DNA of 64,000 nucleotides, taken from positions 30,442,001 to 30,506,000 of the forward strand of contig OX597832.1 in assembly GCA_951406725.2 (NCBI GenBank). The letters run 5' to 3'. Below, piece after piece: positions 14,035 to 28,487 of the stretch. Position 1 is the first letter of the stretch; each line of letters begins with the position of its first letter. The stretch comes from Octopus vulgaris. Its lineage: Eukaryota. A program made the position numbers and the translations under genes. The notes under the pieces are model-generated. The model did not search any database and was not told where the DNA came from. It was given only the letters and a program-made list of their open reading frames with translations.

Positions 14035-15018
14035 TATGCTGTTTTGTCCAAAAATTGGTCCCACATTTTTCTTGGATTTGTTTTAGGACACTGCTAAAAA
14101 GAGCCGGGCCTGTCGTAGGAAAATAGTTGTGTTGCAGTGTGTGTGTGTGTCTACGTCGTGAGCCTGACTTGAGAAGGAGACGTACGGTGCAGAGTCCTGG
14201 TTTTTTTTTATCAATTGTGATCTTTATACTAAGGTTATTTGGTCAATTTGGTGAGAGATTCCCCCTATTTTGTAAATGATGCAGGGCTCATAGTGGCGGC
14301 GTTGGAAATAATAAAATTTCCAGATCAGCTATGCCTTCTATTTATATATTCCATTAATGAATCACTTTGTTTTGATGTTGAGATTGCTTTGTGGGGGTGA
14401 CTCTGTTCTCATACTGTTATGTTTCACAAAGACCACGAGGGTTAGCTGTATTCCACGTGTGGCTGTGCAAAGAAGGAGAAAAGGCAAATGGTGATATCTG
14501 GATCTCTGAACCGAAATCCTACGGGGCCATACCGACTTTGTTCTTGAGGTGAATGTTCCAGCTGAGATTATTGCGAACAATTTACTCCTGAAGCACTGAT
14601 GTTATTGAATGCCGCGAGCGGATTCCCGGAAGGAAAAGATTATGGTTATTTGAGCAATATATTCTTTTTCGAAACTCATGAGATAAAATTTCCCCTCGTT
14701 AAACATGTTCTATATAACTTACAACACATTCATCTTTGTCGATGTTTGTTTCGTCTCTTTTTCCTGTAGTTAACATTTCAAAATTTGGAGTCATCTGCAA
14801 ATAACTATGTTTTGCTGTGTTCGATAGAAATTTAAGATGTCGGATACATGCAGGAAATAGAAAGGGAAGTGGGGGCCCGAAACAATCTCTGGGAGAAGAC
14901 CGGAGATGTCTTGCTAGGCTCCACAGGATTCCATCCATCATAATTTGTTTGGTTTTATTCACCAACAAATATTAGATCCAGTCCAGCAGCTTACCACGGA
15001 CTCCATTATTCCGCAATA
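14035..15018 (-). mobile_element. Old CR1-like LINE RT fragment
   Basis: Minus-strand translation [24 protein letters not shown], followed by frameshifted PQG.V.GP and FADDSK-like segments. The 3' boundary is approximate. Confidence 0.65.
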
Positions 15019-15052
15019 CATGTGTGTATGTGTATATATATATGTATGTATG

Positions 15053-15107
<55 letters not shown>

Positions 15108-15350
15108 TCTTTTACTTGTTTCAGTCATTTGACTGCGGCAATGCTGGAGCACCACCTTTAGTGGAAGAAATCCACCCCGGTGTGTATATATATATATATA
15201 TGTGTATATATATGTATGTATATATATGTGTATATATATGTATATATATATATGTGTGTATATATATGTATATACATATGTATATATATATATTTATATA
15301 TATATGTATTTATATATGTATTTATATATATATGTATTTATATATATATG

Positions 15351-15391
<41 letters not shown>

Positions 15392-15394
15392 GTT

Positions 15395-15437
<43 letters not shown>

Positions 15438-15452
15438 GTATGTATATATGTT

Positions 15453-15483
<31 letters not shown>

Positions 15484-15537
15484 CTATATATACATATACA
15501 TATATATATACATATATTTATTTGTGTGTGTGTGTGT

Positions 15538-16733
15538 GATCTCGGCATAGTCGGGAAATTGGGAGAATGTCTTCATGACTTTCTGAAGGATAGAAGTCAG
15601 CTGGTAGTAGCCAATTGGGTCACTTCCAATGACACACAAATAGCGAGCGGTGTTCCGCAAGGCACTATTTTATTCATCAATTTCATAATGGCTCTCTCTC
15701 AGATACATCTTCAGCCACACAGAGAACCACGATCACAAGTTATGCTAATGATACGAAAGTCTCACGGGTGATACAGAAACCTGAAGACGTTATGCACCTG
15801 CAATGTGAGTTGGATGAAATATCCAGGTGGGTGGAAAAGAATAGCATGCAGTTTAATGCTGAACAGTTTCAAGCCTTGCGCTATCAGCATGCAAAACTAA
15901 ATGCAATATCAATTAGATGCACTGGACCTGGAATGATTGCAATCCCAGAGACGCAGTCAATGCGAGACCTGGGCATTTACGTGAGTAACGATGCATCATT
16001 CCATGTGCTTGTTGCAAAGTCGTCAATGAAATGCAGGCGGCTGACCGGATGGATTCATAGAACTTTTAGAACGAGAGATCAGGAAACCATGATGGTTCTC
16101 TTGAGGACATTTGTCCTAAGCTTCTTTGATTATTGCTCCCAGCTATGGTCACCAACCAGTGTAAAATTAAGTGCAGAATTTGAGGCAATCTAACGAAGCT
16201 ACACTAAGAAGATAGCCTCTATGTAGCATATAAGCTACTGGGAATGACTCAAGAGATTAAGACTCTATTCCCCAGAGCGTAGGTGGGAAAGATATGCCAT
16301 AATATACATTTGGATGATCCTGAGGGACTTGTCCCAAACTTTGGCCTTCAGAGTTACACTAATACTAGAACAGGGCGCCACTGCATAGTGCCAAAGCTCC
16401 AACTTTGCCATCAAGATATAGGACAAGATATGCAACAGCCTGGGCTTTAAAGGACCACAGCTCTTCAATATCCTCCCGAAGGACCTGAGAGACCTACATA
16501 GGGTGGATGTAGGTGTTTTCAAAATGAAACTAGAGCTCTTACAGTCAAGTGTCCCAGATGAACCAGCTTCACAGCAGGAAGTGCAGATGAGGGCAGTGGC
16601 ATCAAACTCCATCATGCACCAAACGTCAATTTCTATGAAGGATTAGTGAAGTAAAATTATGTAGCAACACCAAATGGCGGTACCTCAGCATGGACACAGC
16701 TCATGATCTGAAACTGGATCAAATCAAATCCAA
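15538..16733 (+). mobile_element. 5'-truncated CR1-clade LINE, pseudogenised
   Basis: [30 protein letters not shown] and DYCSQLWSP, collinear with 8884-9984 but with stops and frameshifts. Tail GGCGGTACCTCAGCATGGACACAGC..CTGAAAC plus (AAATC)n. Confidence 0.9.
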
Positions 16734-16804
16734 TATATGTGTGTGTGCGTGTATAAATATGGGTGGGGGTGACAAAATGTTTGAACTTAATGTTTGAACT
16801 TAAA

Positions 16805-17945
16805 TATATTAATTTGTCACTGTTGGGGAACTGAAAAAGTCCCACAAGACTGGATTGATGCTATTTTAGTCTCCTTATATAAATCGGGGTCAAAGGATCT
16901 GTGTGGTAATTTCCGTGGGATTTCGCTTTTGTCTGTGGTTGGAAAGGTACTTGTCCACATTTTGTTAGAACGTTTAAATACCTTCATAGTTCCAAATATG
17001 GTGTCTAAGTTTCAGTGTGGTTTTCGCTCCTCCGGGGGCACAACTGATTGTATCTTTACTATCAGACAATTTCAAGAAAACTGCATTGAACAGAATCTTG
17101 CCCTTTGCTTTGGTGATTTGAGCAAAGGATTCGATATTGTTAATCGAAATGCTCTGTGGCTAATTCTAAGGAAAATAGGTTGCCCAGAAAAATTTGTAAA
17201 CTTGATTCGCTCATCTACTTTGGAAGCTCTGTACAAAGTGATGGAAATCTGGATACAGAAATAAATCTGCGAATTCAAAGGGCAGCACAAGCATTTGGTG
17301 ACTTGGAGTCACGCGTTTGGCGCCAGAGACTTATAAATAACGATACAAAGTTGGGTCTTTACAAATCATTTGTCTTACCATCCCTGTTGTATTCTTGTGA
17401 AATATTTTAAGTTGTTAGAACAATTCCACCAAAAATGCGTTCATCGCATTTCAAATATTAAATGGAGTTCTTTTACTCTAAACACAGGTGTCCTTGCATC
17501 TGCAGGCATCACCTCAATTAAAGCTATGATTTTGAGAAGCCAAATGAGATGGTGTGACCATATTGTTCGAATGGCGGATGAATGCACGTCCAAACAGTTG
17601 TTTTGTAGTGTGCTTGCAGAGGAGAAACGCTATTGGCATAAACCTAAAAAAAAGGTTTAAGGTCGACATAAGAACTACTATGAAGTTACTGGGAATGGAT
17701 CCAGAGGAGATAGAAACCCTTGCTTCGGATTGAGCTGGATGGCGAACAAAAGTGTGGAGCGGAGTGAAAGCGTTTGAAGATGCTGGGTTAACGCATGCGA
17801 GACTCAAGAGAGATTTAAGGAAGAATGCTACGATCGAGAAGGTGAATCACAATGACCTTTTTGTGGGCACGGTTTTAGACAGACCATGTCTTCTTTTGCC
17901 GGGCTCAAATTTCATTTGCAAACCCATGGAAAACGAACCTCCACC
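16805..17945 (+). mobile_element. RTE-clade LINE fragment with internal deletion
   Basis: VPQDW..CGNFRGISLLS..QCGFR..DLSKGFD..GCPEKFVNLIRS joined at about 17212 to IYFGS..LPSLLYSCE, then RWCDHIVRM and a C-terminal C2H2-like remnant. Confidence 0.88.
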
Positions 17946-17952
17946 AACTATA

Positions 17953-18005
<53 letters not shown>

Positions 18006-18008
18006 TGA

Positions 18009-18309
18009 AAGCGCGTGGCTTCGTGGTTAGCGCATTCGGCTCACGATTGTAAGGCCGTGAGTTCAATTCCCCGCGAAGCGTTGTGTCTTTCAGTAAGACA
18101 CTTTACTTTCAGCAAGACACTTTAGCAAAAATGAGTAGAACCTGTATTTGAAAGGGGCCAGCCTTGTCACACTCTGTGCCACTCTGAATTTCCCTGAGAA
18201 CTACGTTAAGGGTTTACGCGTGTGTGTGGAGTGGTCTGCCACTTGCACGTTAATTTCCGTTGACCGTATCAGATGGGAACCCTCGTCGTCGTAACCGACG
18301 GAGTGCTCC
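18009..18309 (+). mobile_element. SINE family C
   Basis: GCGCGTGGCTTCGTGGTTAG A-box, GAGTTCAATTCC B-box, tail CCCTCGTCGTCGTAACCGACGGAGTGC. Confidence 0.85.
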
Positions 18310-18383
18310 TTTTATTTATATATATATATTTATATATATGAGTGTGTGTATCTGTGTCTGTGTGTGTAGACATATAATTTGTA

Positions 18384-18433
<50 letters not shown>

Positions 18434-18563
18434 TATACACATATCTATATATATATATCTGAATATGTATATCTATATATATATGAATATACATATCTAT
18501 ATATATGTATTTATATACATATATATATATATGTGTGTATATATATACACAGACATATACACA

Positions 18564-18615
<52 letters not shown>

Positions 18616-18639
18616 CATATGTTTGTGTGTGTCTGTGAA

Positions 18640-18916
18640 AGTACATGGCTTCGTGGTTAAGGCGTTGCACACCCGTCTGGGATATTGTGGGTTCGAGTTG
18701 TGCTCGTGAGCAAAGTACATCATTTCACGTTGCTCTGCGATCATTTCGACCTGCGGCATGTGGTACTCGTTGCACCTGTACAGGTAATGTCGTTCTGGTG
18801 GAGGCAGAGAGCTTATGCCTACACAAGCATTTGATCAACATAAACAGATCATAAGTGTAGGTGATCGGTGACGAAATTGTCGAACCGTCATAAGTCGTCG
18901 AACGACGGGAGAGTCC
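18640..18916 (+). mobile_element. SINE, C-like head with a different body
   Basis: TGGCTTCGTGGTTAAG, GGTTCGAGT and TTTCACGTTGCTC, then an unrelated 3' part. Confidence 0.55.
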
Positions 18917-19008
18917 TTTTCTGTGTATATATATGTATATATATATATGTATATATATATATATAATATATAGAAATACATATATATATATGTGTGTGTG
19001 TGTGTGTG

Positions 19009-19214
19009 TATTTAGGGCTAAAAACCACAATATGGACAGCCATACGCTAGAAGTAGATCTACTTCTAGCACATCGCTGTCCACATAGTGGTTTTTAGCCC
19101 TAAATATACACATGTATTGGAATTTTCTCTGAACTTTCAGATTTTTGTATGCTAGGCTACTAGTTTTAAATTGATATTAATTAAATTAACATTCAATTTA
19201 TCTCCCTCATTATT

Positions 19215-19218
<4 letters not shown>
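19009..19218. repeat. Spacerless imperfect palindrome (49-bp arms) plus one-sided extension, in TA/TG microsatellite
   Basis: Arms 19009-19057 / 19058-19106 centred on AGA|TCT. Related to 24603-24903. Confidence 0.85.
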
Positions 19219-19249
<31 letters not shown>

Positions 19250-19348
19250 GTATATATGTATGTGTGTATGTTTGTATCTATATATATATACGTATATACA
19301 CATATACATATATATAACTATGCAAATATATATATGCATATATATATA

Positions 19349-19379
<31 letters not shown>

Positions 19380-19455
19380 GAATATATGTATATGATTTTA
19401 TGTATATGTAAATATATATGCATATATGCATATATGCCTATAAATATATATATGC

Positions 19456-19492
<37 letters not shown>

Positions 19493-19754
19493 TATACATG
19501 TATATATATATATGCAAATGCAAGTATATATATGCATATAGGTGTACATATATGCATATACATGTATATATATATATATATTCATATACATATATATATA
19601 TATACATGCATATGCATATACATATACATGTATATCCATATATATATATGCATATATATATATATATATATGCATATATGTATATGCATATATGCATGCA
19701 TATATATATGCATATACATATATATGTATATATATATATATGCATATGTATATG

Positions 19755-19803
<49 letters not shown>

Positions 19804-20813
19804 TATACATACATATATATGCATATACATATATATATATATATGCATATACATATATATATATATGCATATACATGTATATATATATATATGCATATAT
19901 ATATGTATATATATATGCATATATATAGAGAGAGATAGGTAAATGCATGTATGATAGATGTACATAAGCATATATTATTTTTATTTGCATTTATATATGT
20001 GTGTGTGTATATGAATAGATGACTACATATTTTTTTATACATATGATGGTATATCTGTCCATATCTACATGGTTATATATATATATACACGCAGGAATAT
20101 CTTTATACGTATATATTTATATATACACATATTTATATGTGTGCATATATATTTCAACTTGCATGCATACAGGCACCACTACTAAAATATACATGAATGA
20201 ACACACGTGTAACTGCGTATAAATTCTTAGAAGAATATGTGTGTGACTGAATAATATATTTATGAATTCATTTATTCATATCTATATATAGTCATATATA
20301 AATACATATATATGCACTTATATATATATGTATATATATATACATTCATATATAAATTGATGTATATATCTATAGAAATATTTAAATATATGTATGTATA
20401 TACATGTATATATATATATATGGATATATATACATATATTTGTAAATATATATTCATATACATTTATATCGAAATTGATATATAACTATAGAAATACGTA
20501 AATGCATGTATGAGTATATGCGTAACTGAATATGGATATATATATATATATGTATATATATATATGTAAATATATATAAACATGTATTCATATACATGTG
20601 TATATATGTATATATATTTATATATAAATATTTATATATATAATGTTTATCTATTTATTCATATCTATATACGTACGGATTTATATATGTAAATGTGCGT
20701 GCGCGTGTGTGTATATACACACACAGACACACATTTTTATACATGCGCACATTCGTATGTATATATGTGTGTGTGTTTGTATGTATGTATATATATATAT
20801 ATTCATATCCATA

Positions 20814-20881
<68 letters not shown>

Positions 20882-20985
20882 GTGTGTGTGTGCAGGAATG
20901 TCAGTGCATTTAAACCTGTGGAAGTATATATGCACACACGTTTACATGCATACTTACGTCCTAGTATATACGTATATATCTATAG

Positions 20986-21037
<52 letters not shown>

Positions 21038-21239
21038 CTATATGTATATATATATATAGTTATGTATGTATGTATGTATGTATATGTATATATATAGTTA
21101 TGTATGTATGTATATGTATATATATAGTTATATATGTATGTATATATATGTATATATATAGTTATATATGTATATATATATATAGATATATATTTATATA
21201 TAGATAGATATATAGATATAGATAGATAGATATATAGAT

Positions 21240-21275
<36 letters not shown>

Positions 21276-21424
21276 TTATATATTTATATGTATGTATGTA
21301 TATACGCATATTTTATATAATTATATATACATATATATATATATATTTATATGTATGTATATATGCATATTTTATATAACATATATATATTTGTATGTAT
21401 GTATATATGCATATTTTATATAAG

Positions 21425-21455
<31 letters not shown>

Positions 21456-21479
21456 TCATATGTATGCATATATGCATAT

Positions 21480-21521
<42 letters not shown>

Positions 21522-22256
21522 CATGCATCTACATATATATAGATATGTGTAGAGGAGGTGTAAAGCCATATATGTCAGAGATATAACATCATGAAATTTT
21601 ATTTAATAAGAAATTTGAAATAATACAAATTGTATCGTAACTTAGAAACATGTCAATATTTTATGTTATTATTTTTAGTAATAAATAAAGAACTTACATG
21701 TCTGCGCTAATACAAAATTCTTTCAAAATAATGTAGAATTTAAGTTACGTCCCCCGGTGAAAGAATATATCCTTGTTAAATTCTACAATCTCGATGTAAC
21801 GTTACAAAATATGTGAAGTGAACATTTGAAAGATTATGGAAGGCAATAATAATAAAATTGATATAAAATGATAAAGCGATTGTCTAATAAGTCTAAAGTG
21901 AATTTCAGAAATATAATTGACGGGTAACCAGTTGATGTTATTACAATTGAAGGAAGATGTATTTATTTCTGAAAATGTAGAAAATAAAATATCATAAAAA
22001 TAGAGAATGGAAAATAATGGTGGTGCTGGGGTGGGGGTGACTGGCTGGCTATCTACTTGTTTTGCATGTTTATATATATATATTAATATACATCTATATA
22101 TATGCATATATATATATGCATATATATACATATGCATATATATATGCATATGAATATATATGCATATGAATATATATGCATATGAATATATATACATATG
22201 CATATGAATATATATACATATGCATATGCATATATATATATATGCATATATATATA

Positions 22257-22433
<177 letters not shown>

Positions 22434-22469
22434 ATATATATATATATAATCTGCAGTGCTGGAACATAG

Positions 22470-23450
22470 TCTTTCAGTGTGAATGTGTTTCGAATCTTTA
22501 CTGGTTCGGGTAAAGTCTTCAGTTGGACGGAGCTGGTCTTTTTTATGCGTCCTGCAGCGATGTGTTTCATCTGGCATCTCAGGTATTAAAAAAATTGTCC
22601 AAACGCTCTTTGAATAACTCCTCTAAGGTTCTTTGGAAGAATACTGAATAGTTGTGGACCCTTGAAACCTAAGCTGTTATAGTTTTAAATCATTATTTCC
22701 CATGGAGACCACGGTATCTCTGGCATTATCAGTGGTTGGTATATCTTTCAATTCCAAAGTTAGGAGCTAGATTTTCAGTATCTCCATCAGAACATCGTTA
22801 CAAATCTTCTCTCTTGATTGTAGGGCCTCAGCTCCTTTAGTCTCTCCCAGAAGCTCATCTGTTTCACAGAGTCAATATTCTTTGTAGAGTGGCGCTAGGT
22901 TGCCTCGAGTTCTGTTGTTTAACGTTTTGCGGTAACCACGGTTGGAAGCAGTAATCCAGAAAAATGAGAACGAAAGTTCTCTACAGGAGTGGCATGGTAT
23001 CTTTTCTCCTGGTTCTGAATGATTTCAGAATCCTTCAAGCTGCTTGCCATTACTGTGTTGCCATCTTGGTAATATGCACATGGAATGTTGTATCATCACT
23101 TATGTGGATTCCCAGGTCGTGCACCGTCTCAAACTCTGGGATTACACTACCCACTGGTCCGATGTATTCTGAATGTAGTCTTTTTGTAGACCGACAGTAC
23201 AGTACTTCACGGTGAAACTTCTCGGCGCTGATCTGCATGTTATTTCGAATTTTGTAATTTTTATTCAGGTCGTTTTGCCATTTTACGATACCATCAGGGT
23301 CACTGACTTGCTGTGTAACCTTCGTATCACCATCATGGTCGGTGAGAATGGGTGACCGCATGGCTGAAGGTATGTCAGAGAGAGCTACCTCAAGCAATAT
23401 GGTCTCAGTACAGCTGTTTATGAGACTCCATTCAGAAGTGATGTCTCATT
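22470..23450 (-). mobile_element. CR1-like LINE fragment, degenerate
   Basis: Minus-strand LLEVALSDIP..DGDTKV..VHDLGIHISDDTTFHVHITKM, collinear with the 8.9-kb copy. Confidence 0.8.
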
Positions 23451-23459
23451 TATATGTAT

Positions 23460-23606
23460 ATCCTTAAAATCCTTAAATCCTTAAAAATGTTTTAGCCCGA
23501 AGGACGCGGCCACGCTGGGGCAGCACCGCTGAATGAGCTACACTGATATGTGAATCCACCTCTGATACGTGGCACTTGATCAACAAGGGAGTTCGATGCC
23601 GCTGCC
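23460..23606 (-). mobile_element. Short 3' end of the CR1-like LINE with (TTTAAGGA/T)n tail
   Basis: Close match to 9921-10051. Tail repeated about three times. Confidence 0.88.
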
Positions 23607-23810
23607 AATATATATATGTATTTGTGTGCGTGTATGTGTGTGTATATATACATATATATTTTTTATACACATACATACATACGTATATACGTATGTGAAT
23701 ATATGCATGCTTATATATACACCTATATATGTGTATATATAAGTATATATTAAGTATATATTTATCTGTATATATGCATAAGCATATGTTTATATGAATA
23801 TATGCATAAG

Positions 23811-23848
<38 letters not shown>

Positions 23849-23956
23849 AATAGAAAGAGGAATAATCTTGTTGCAGATTAATCAAAAGTTTAACCGATAC
23901 CTTGGTAGCAAAAATCACAGCAGAAGACTCGTTCAACTCCATTTCTTCAATTCACT

Positions 23957-23997
<41 letters not shown>

Positions 23998-24220
23998 AAA
24001 TATGGAGTTTCGTTTACAGGGGATCTAGGTGCGCTAGGTAAGTGCTGTAATGGATTACTAGGGCTCCAAGGTTATAGCCGAGACAGTTGTTATGGAGCCA
24101 TTGCAGATTTCTGACATAGCGGATGTATGATTGTTAAAGAGGACAACAAACGTTAAGGCAAGGCACACATCTCAAGCCATATACATTATTATTATTATTA
24201 TTATTGGAAAAAAATTCCAA

Positions 24221-24278
24221 TACTTACAGCTGTTTCTGGGATATCACAGAGTACGGGATATCCCATCATCGGAGACAA
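24221..24278 (-). ncRNA. Minimal hammerhead-like motif (CCGAUGA core)
   Basis: CU-CCGAUGA-UGGGAUAUC-(11 nt)-GAUAUCCCA-GAAAC-AGCU-GUA-AG. Perfect 9-bp stem II, palindromic AGCU loop III, weak stem I. Confidence 0.6.
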
Positions 24279-24541
24279 ATAGGGAAAACGAGAAGGGTCT
24301 AGATTAATGAAATGACGGAATAGGGGACAAGGGTAAAGGAATGAAGAGAAGAAGAAAGACAAGATATGTATGCATGCATGCATGTATGTATACATATATG
24401 TGTGTGTGTGTGTGTGTACATATATATGTGTATATATATATGTGTGTTGTATATATATATATATATATATGTATGTATATATATATGTCTATATATATAT
24501 GTATATATATATGTATGTATATATATATGTATATATATATG

Positions 24542-24602
<61 letters not shown>

Positions 24603-24903
24603 TAATTAAGGGTAGAAATTGATATTTATCAATTAAGACCAGTGGTCTAGCATATTAAAAAAGAATCCGAAGATTAAAATATTTATATATACCAATTAAG
24701 GACTGAACACGAAAAGTGGACATCAACATGCTAGATATAGACGTCAAATCGTATTCTCCACAAAAGATTATGTTCTCAGATCAAGATGTTGAGTGTTGAG
24801 TTTGATCTGAGAACATAATCTTTTGTGGAGAATGACGATTTGACGTCTATATCTAGCATGTTGACTGTCCACTTTTCGTGTTCAGTTCTTAATTGGTATA
24901 TAT
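24603..24903. repeat. About 100-bp-arm inverted repeat with one-sided extension, in (TA)n
   Basis: Arms about 24684-24784 / 24802-24903, 17-bp spacer, a few substitutions and indels. Confidence 0.88.
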
Positions 24904-24944
24904 ATATATATGTATAATGTATAATGTATATATATATATATATA

Positions 24945-25148
24945 TAAAAAATTAATCCAAACAAGAAAGCACAAAAAAGACACAACAACGCGAGGACGTG
25001 GAACAAATATAGTATTATTGGACGCTAAGGAAAGAAGGAGGGTTTAACGTTTCGAGCGGAGCTCTTCGTCGGAAACATAGGAGAAGGAAAGATCCAGAGA
25101 AGGGAAGACAGAGGGAAAAAATCGTCAACGGTACACACTCGGTCACAT
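24945..25148 (-). mobile_element. Penelope-like pseudo-LTR island with minimal hammerhead-like motif at 25042-25076
   Basis: GUUU-CCGACGA-A-GAGC-UCC-GCUC-GAAAC-GUU-AAAC on the minus strand. Related to 37009-37205 and 59931-60123. Confidence 0.6.
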
Positions 25149-25218
25149 ACATATATGTATATATATATAATGTATGTATATGTGTGTATGTATATATGTA
25201 TGTATATATATATGTATG

Positions 25219-25251
<33 letters not shown>

Positions 25252-25869
25252 GAAGCATATATATGTATGCATATATATGTGCGCATATATATATATATTT
25301 ACACATATATGTACGTGTATATATATATATATATTACGTATATACATATATGTATGTATATATATATACATGTACGTATGTATATATATGCCTATGTGCA
25401 TGTATGTATGTATATATATATGTTTATGTATATGTATGTATGTATGTATGTATGTTGGCAATGGATTAGCCTTGAAGCAAAATAGGCAGGTGCTTCGGCA
25501 ATCAAAGGAAGTGCCTCCATCGCCACAGAAAATGATGAATGTTTTGCGGCCCATAAATATCACTTGAAACTTGCTAAAATGATTTCCGAAATGGTTTATA
25601 CGATCGGAAAATATTGTTTGGAAGTATTCGTGGTGTCATAGTGTGGATCGGATCAAAGACATCGCAGTTAAGAAAAACAGAAGAAAATTTTTTGAAATGT
25701 AACCAGAATGAATGCTTTGCTTCATCTTGGAAACAAAGTTTATCGTTTATTATTGTGTATATTTTAAAATGCATATATAAGGGGACACTAGAATCTGATA
25801 AGTGCTTCGGACATCCATGGGTCTTAATCCGGCCGGGATGTACACACACACACACGAACATATATATGC

Positions 25870-25927
<58 letters not shown>

Positions 25928-25932
25928 ATATA

Positions 25933-26161
25933 TCGTAAATCCTCGAGTATAATCCGCATTTCCCCACCTCAAATTTAAAGGTCAAAATCCCTAGTGCGTA
26001 CTATATACGAGGTTAAAAATGAAAATTATTTTCTAAGCAATGTCCGGGTCTCTATTTGCTGTCCGGCAATGTTTATTCAGACACATTTTGTGATGTCGGG
26101 CGCGAAAATGCCTTAAGCTGCGTATTATACTCAAGGGCGGACTATACTCGAGGATTTACGG
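25933..26161. mobile_element. Tc1/pogo-type MITE
   Basis: TIRs (T/C)CGTAAATCCTCGAGTATA.TCCGC at both ends, with TA on both flanks (25931-25932, 26162-26163). Confidence 0.85.
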
Positions 26162-26466
26162 TAATGCTTGTGAGGTGTAAACATATATATTCATATATGT
26201 GTGTCTGTATGAATAAATATACGTGTGTGCGTGTGTTTGCGTATATACTTATTGAATAACAAGCAAAACATATGGTATCACTTTAGAACATTTTTACTTC
26301 ATAATTTAAACGTAGGGTTGGATAGTTACAGTAAAGAGACGATGTCTCACACAGCTGTTTCTAGAATACCTAAGCATCAGGGCCTTATATTATTGTGTAA
26401 AGTTTTCCAAGTTGGTTACGTAGCATATGTACGTATAGGTATGCATAGATGTATGCATATGTATAA

Positions 26467-26551
<85 letters not shown>

Positions 26552-26765
26552 AATGCATGTATATATATAAGTGTGTGTGTATAAATATATGTATATGTAT
26601 AACCCTACCATTTATTGATCTATATATATATATATATATACATAAATATGTATATATACATACATATATATATATGTATAAATATATGTATATGTACATA
26701 CATATGCATATATTTATGTATATATATGTGTGTATATGTATGTATACCCATATATGCATATGTGC

Positions 26766-26800
<35 letters not shown>

Positions 26801-26948
26801 CGTATAGATATATATTTATATATATAAATATGTATATGCATACATGTATATATATATATATATATCCATATGCATATATATATGTATGAATATGCATTTA
26901 TATATGTTTGTATATGAAATTATATATGTATGTAAATGCATATATATG

Positions 26949-27014
<66 letters not shown>

Positions 27015-27047
27015 TGAATATGTATATATTCTCATCTATATATATGT

Positions 27048-27083
<36 letters not shown>

Positions 27084-27103
27084 CTATATATACATATATG
27101 TGT

Positions 27104-27115
<12 letters not shown>

Positions 27116-27182
<67 letters not shown>
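27116..27182. repeat. (AGAT)n microsatellite
   Basis: Direct reading. Similar tracts occur at about 31500-31620 and 35160-35470. Confidence 0.95.
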
Positions 27183-27190
27183 TAATCAGA

Positions 27191-27440
27191 GGAGCACTCC
27201 ATCACTTACGACGGCGAGGATCCCAGCTGATACGATGAGATGAACAGCTTGCTCGTGAAATTAAATTTGCTGAGCACTCCACGGACACGTGTACCCTGAA
27301 TGTAGTTGTCAGGGAAATTTAATGTGCTGAGTGGAGCAACGTGAAACATAGCATCTTGCGCAAGGATCTAACGCGTCGCCGGGAATTGAACTCAAGACGA
27401 TGCGATTGTGAACTAATTGTCCTAACCTCTAAGCCACGCG
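27191..27440 (-). mobile_element. SINE family C
   Basis: Reverse complement of the head CGCGTGGCTTAG and of the tail ..GGAGTGCTCC. Confidence 0.75.
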
Positions 27441-27442
27441 TA

Positions 27443-27507
<65 letters not shown>

Positions 27508-27542
27508 CATATATATATATATATACATATAAATACATATAC

Positions 27543-27574
<32 letters not shown>

Positions 27575-27791
27575 GCACGCACACATCATACACATACATA
27601 TATACTCATCATGCCCATAATCATGTATTTGTAGCTATATAAATATATACATTTTCATATATATATGTATATATATATGTATGTATATATATATATATAT
27701 ATATATGTAGGTCCCGGGTTGATTCGGGGTTAACCACAGTAAGTAAGGTACTCAATACATAGCAGAGTAAAATTAATTTATTATATAGAAG

Positions 27792-27844
27792 GAGCTTCTA
27801 CAGGACTAGTACTGTTTCATTCAAGAGAAATCTTCAGGAAGCCC
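27792..27844 (-). ncRNA. Type-I hammerhead ribozyme (antisense copy)
   Basis: Same motif on the minus strand. Stem I GGGCUUC/GAAGCUC retains 7 pairs, one of them G.U. Confidence 0.75.
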
Positions 27845-27847
27845 TCA

Positions 27848-27900
27848 GAGCTTCCTGAAGATTTCTCTTGAATGAAACAGTACTAGTCCTGTAGAAGCTC
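27848..27900 (+). ncRNA. Type-I hammerhead ribozyme
   Basis: GAGCUUC-CUGAAGA-U-UUC-UCUU-GAA-U-GAAAC-AG-UACUAGUC-CU-GUA-GAAGCUC. 7-bp stem I, canonical core, predicted cleavage after 27893. Confidence 0.8.
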
Positions 27901-27915
27901 CTTCTATATAATAAA

Positions 27916-27982
<67 letters not shown>

Positions 27983-28043
27983 TATATATATGTAAGTATA
28001 TATATATATATGTAAGTATATATATATGCATATATATATACTT

Positions 28044-28074
<31 letters not shown>

Positions 28075-28125
28075 CATATATATATACTTACATATATATA
28101 TATGCATGTATATATATATATGTGT

Positions 28126-28164
<39 letters not shown>

Positions 28165-28444
28165 ATGTATGTATATGTATGTGTGTGTATACATAAAGCT
28201 CATTTGTTTCGGTGATTAAGCTGAGGCTATGCTCGGACTGTGCCCTGACCCATTAAGTCATACAAATCAGGACGTGTTTTCTGTCTTCGCCTCATTCTTA
28301 GTCTTTTGATATTTACGGGGACGAAAACACGCCAACATCGGTTGTCAAACACTGGTGTGGAACAAAGTATAGACACAAAGACACGCGTATATATATATAC
28401 ATAGATATATGTATATGTGTATATAAATATTTATGTATATGTCC

Positions 28445-28487
<43 letters not shown>

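Larger units (their letters stand above)
27777..27915. repeat. Perfect 66-bp-arm inverted repeat (7-nt spacer) carrying a hammerhead on each strand
   Basis: Arms 27777-27842 / 27850-27915. Left arm extends about 70 bp further (27707-27776). Flanked by (TA)n. Confidence 0.92.

Noticed and set aside
25452-25850. Possible hAT-like MITE (also about 58650-58820)
   Set aside because: Only one end resembles a TIR (TAATCCGG..). No matching TIR or TSD could be established.
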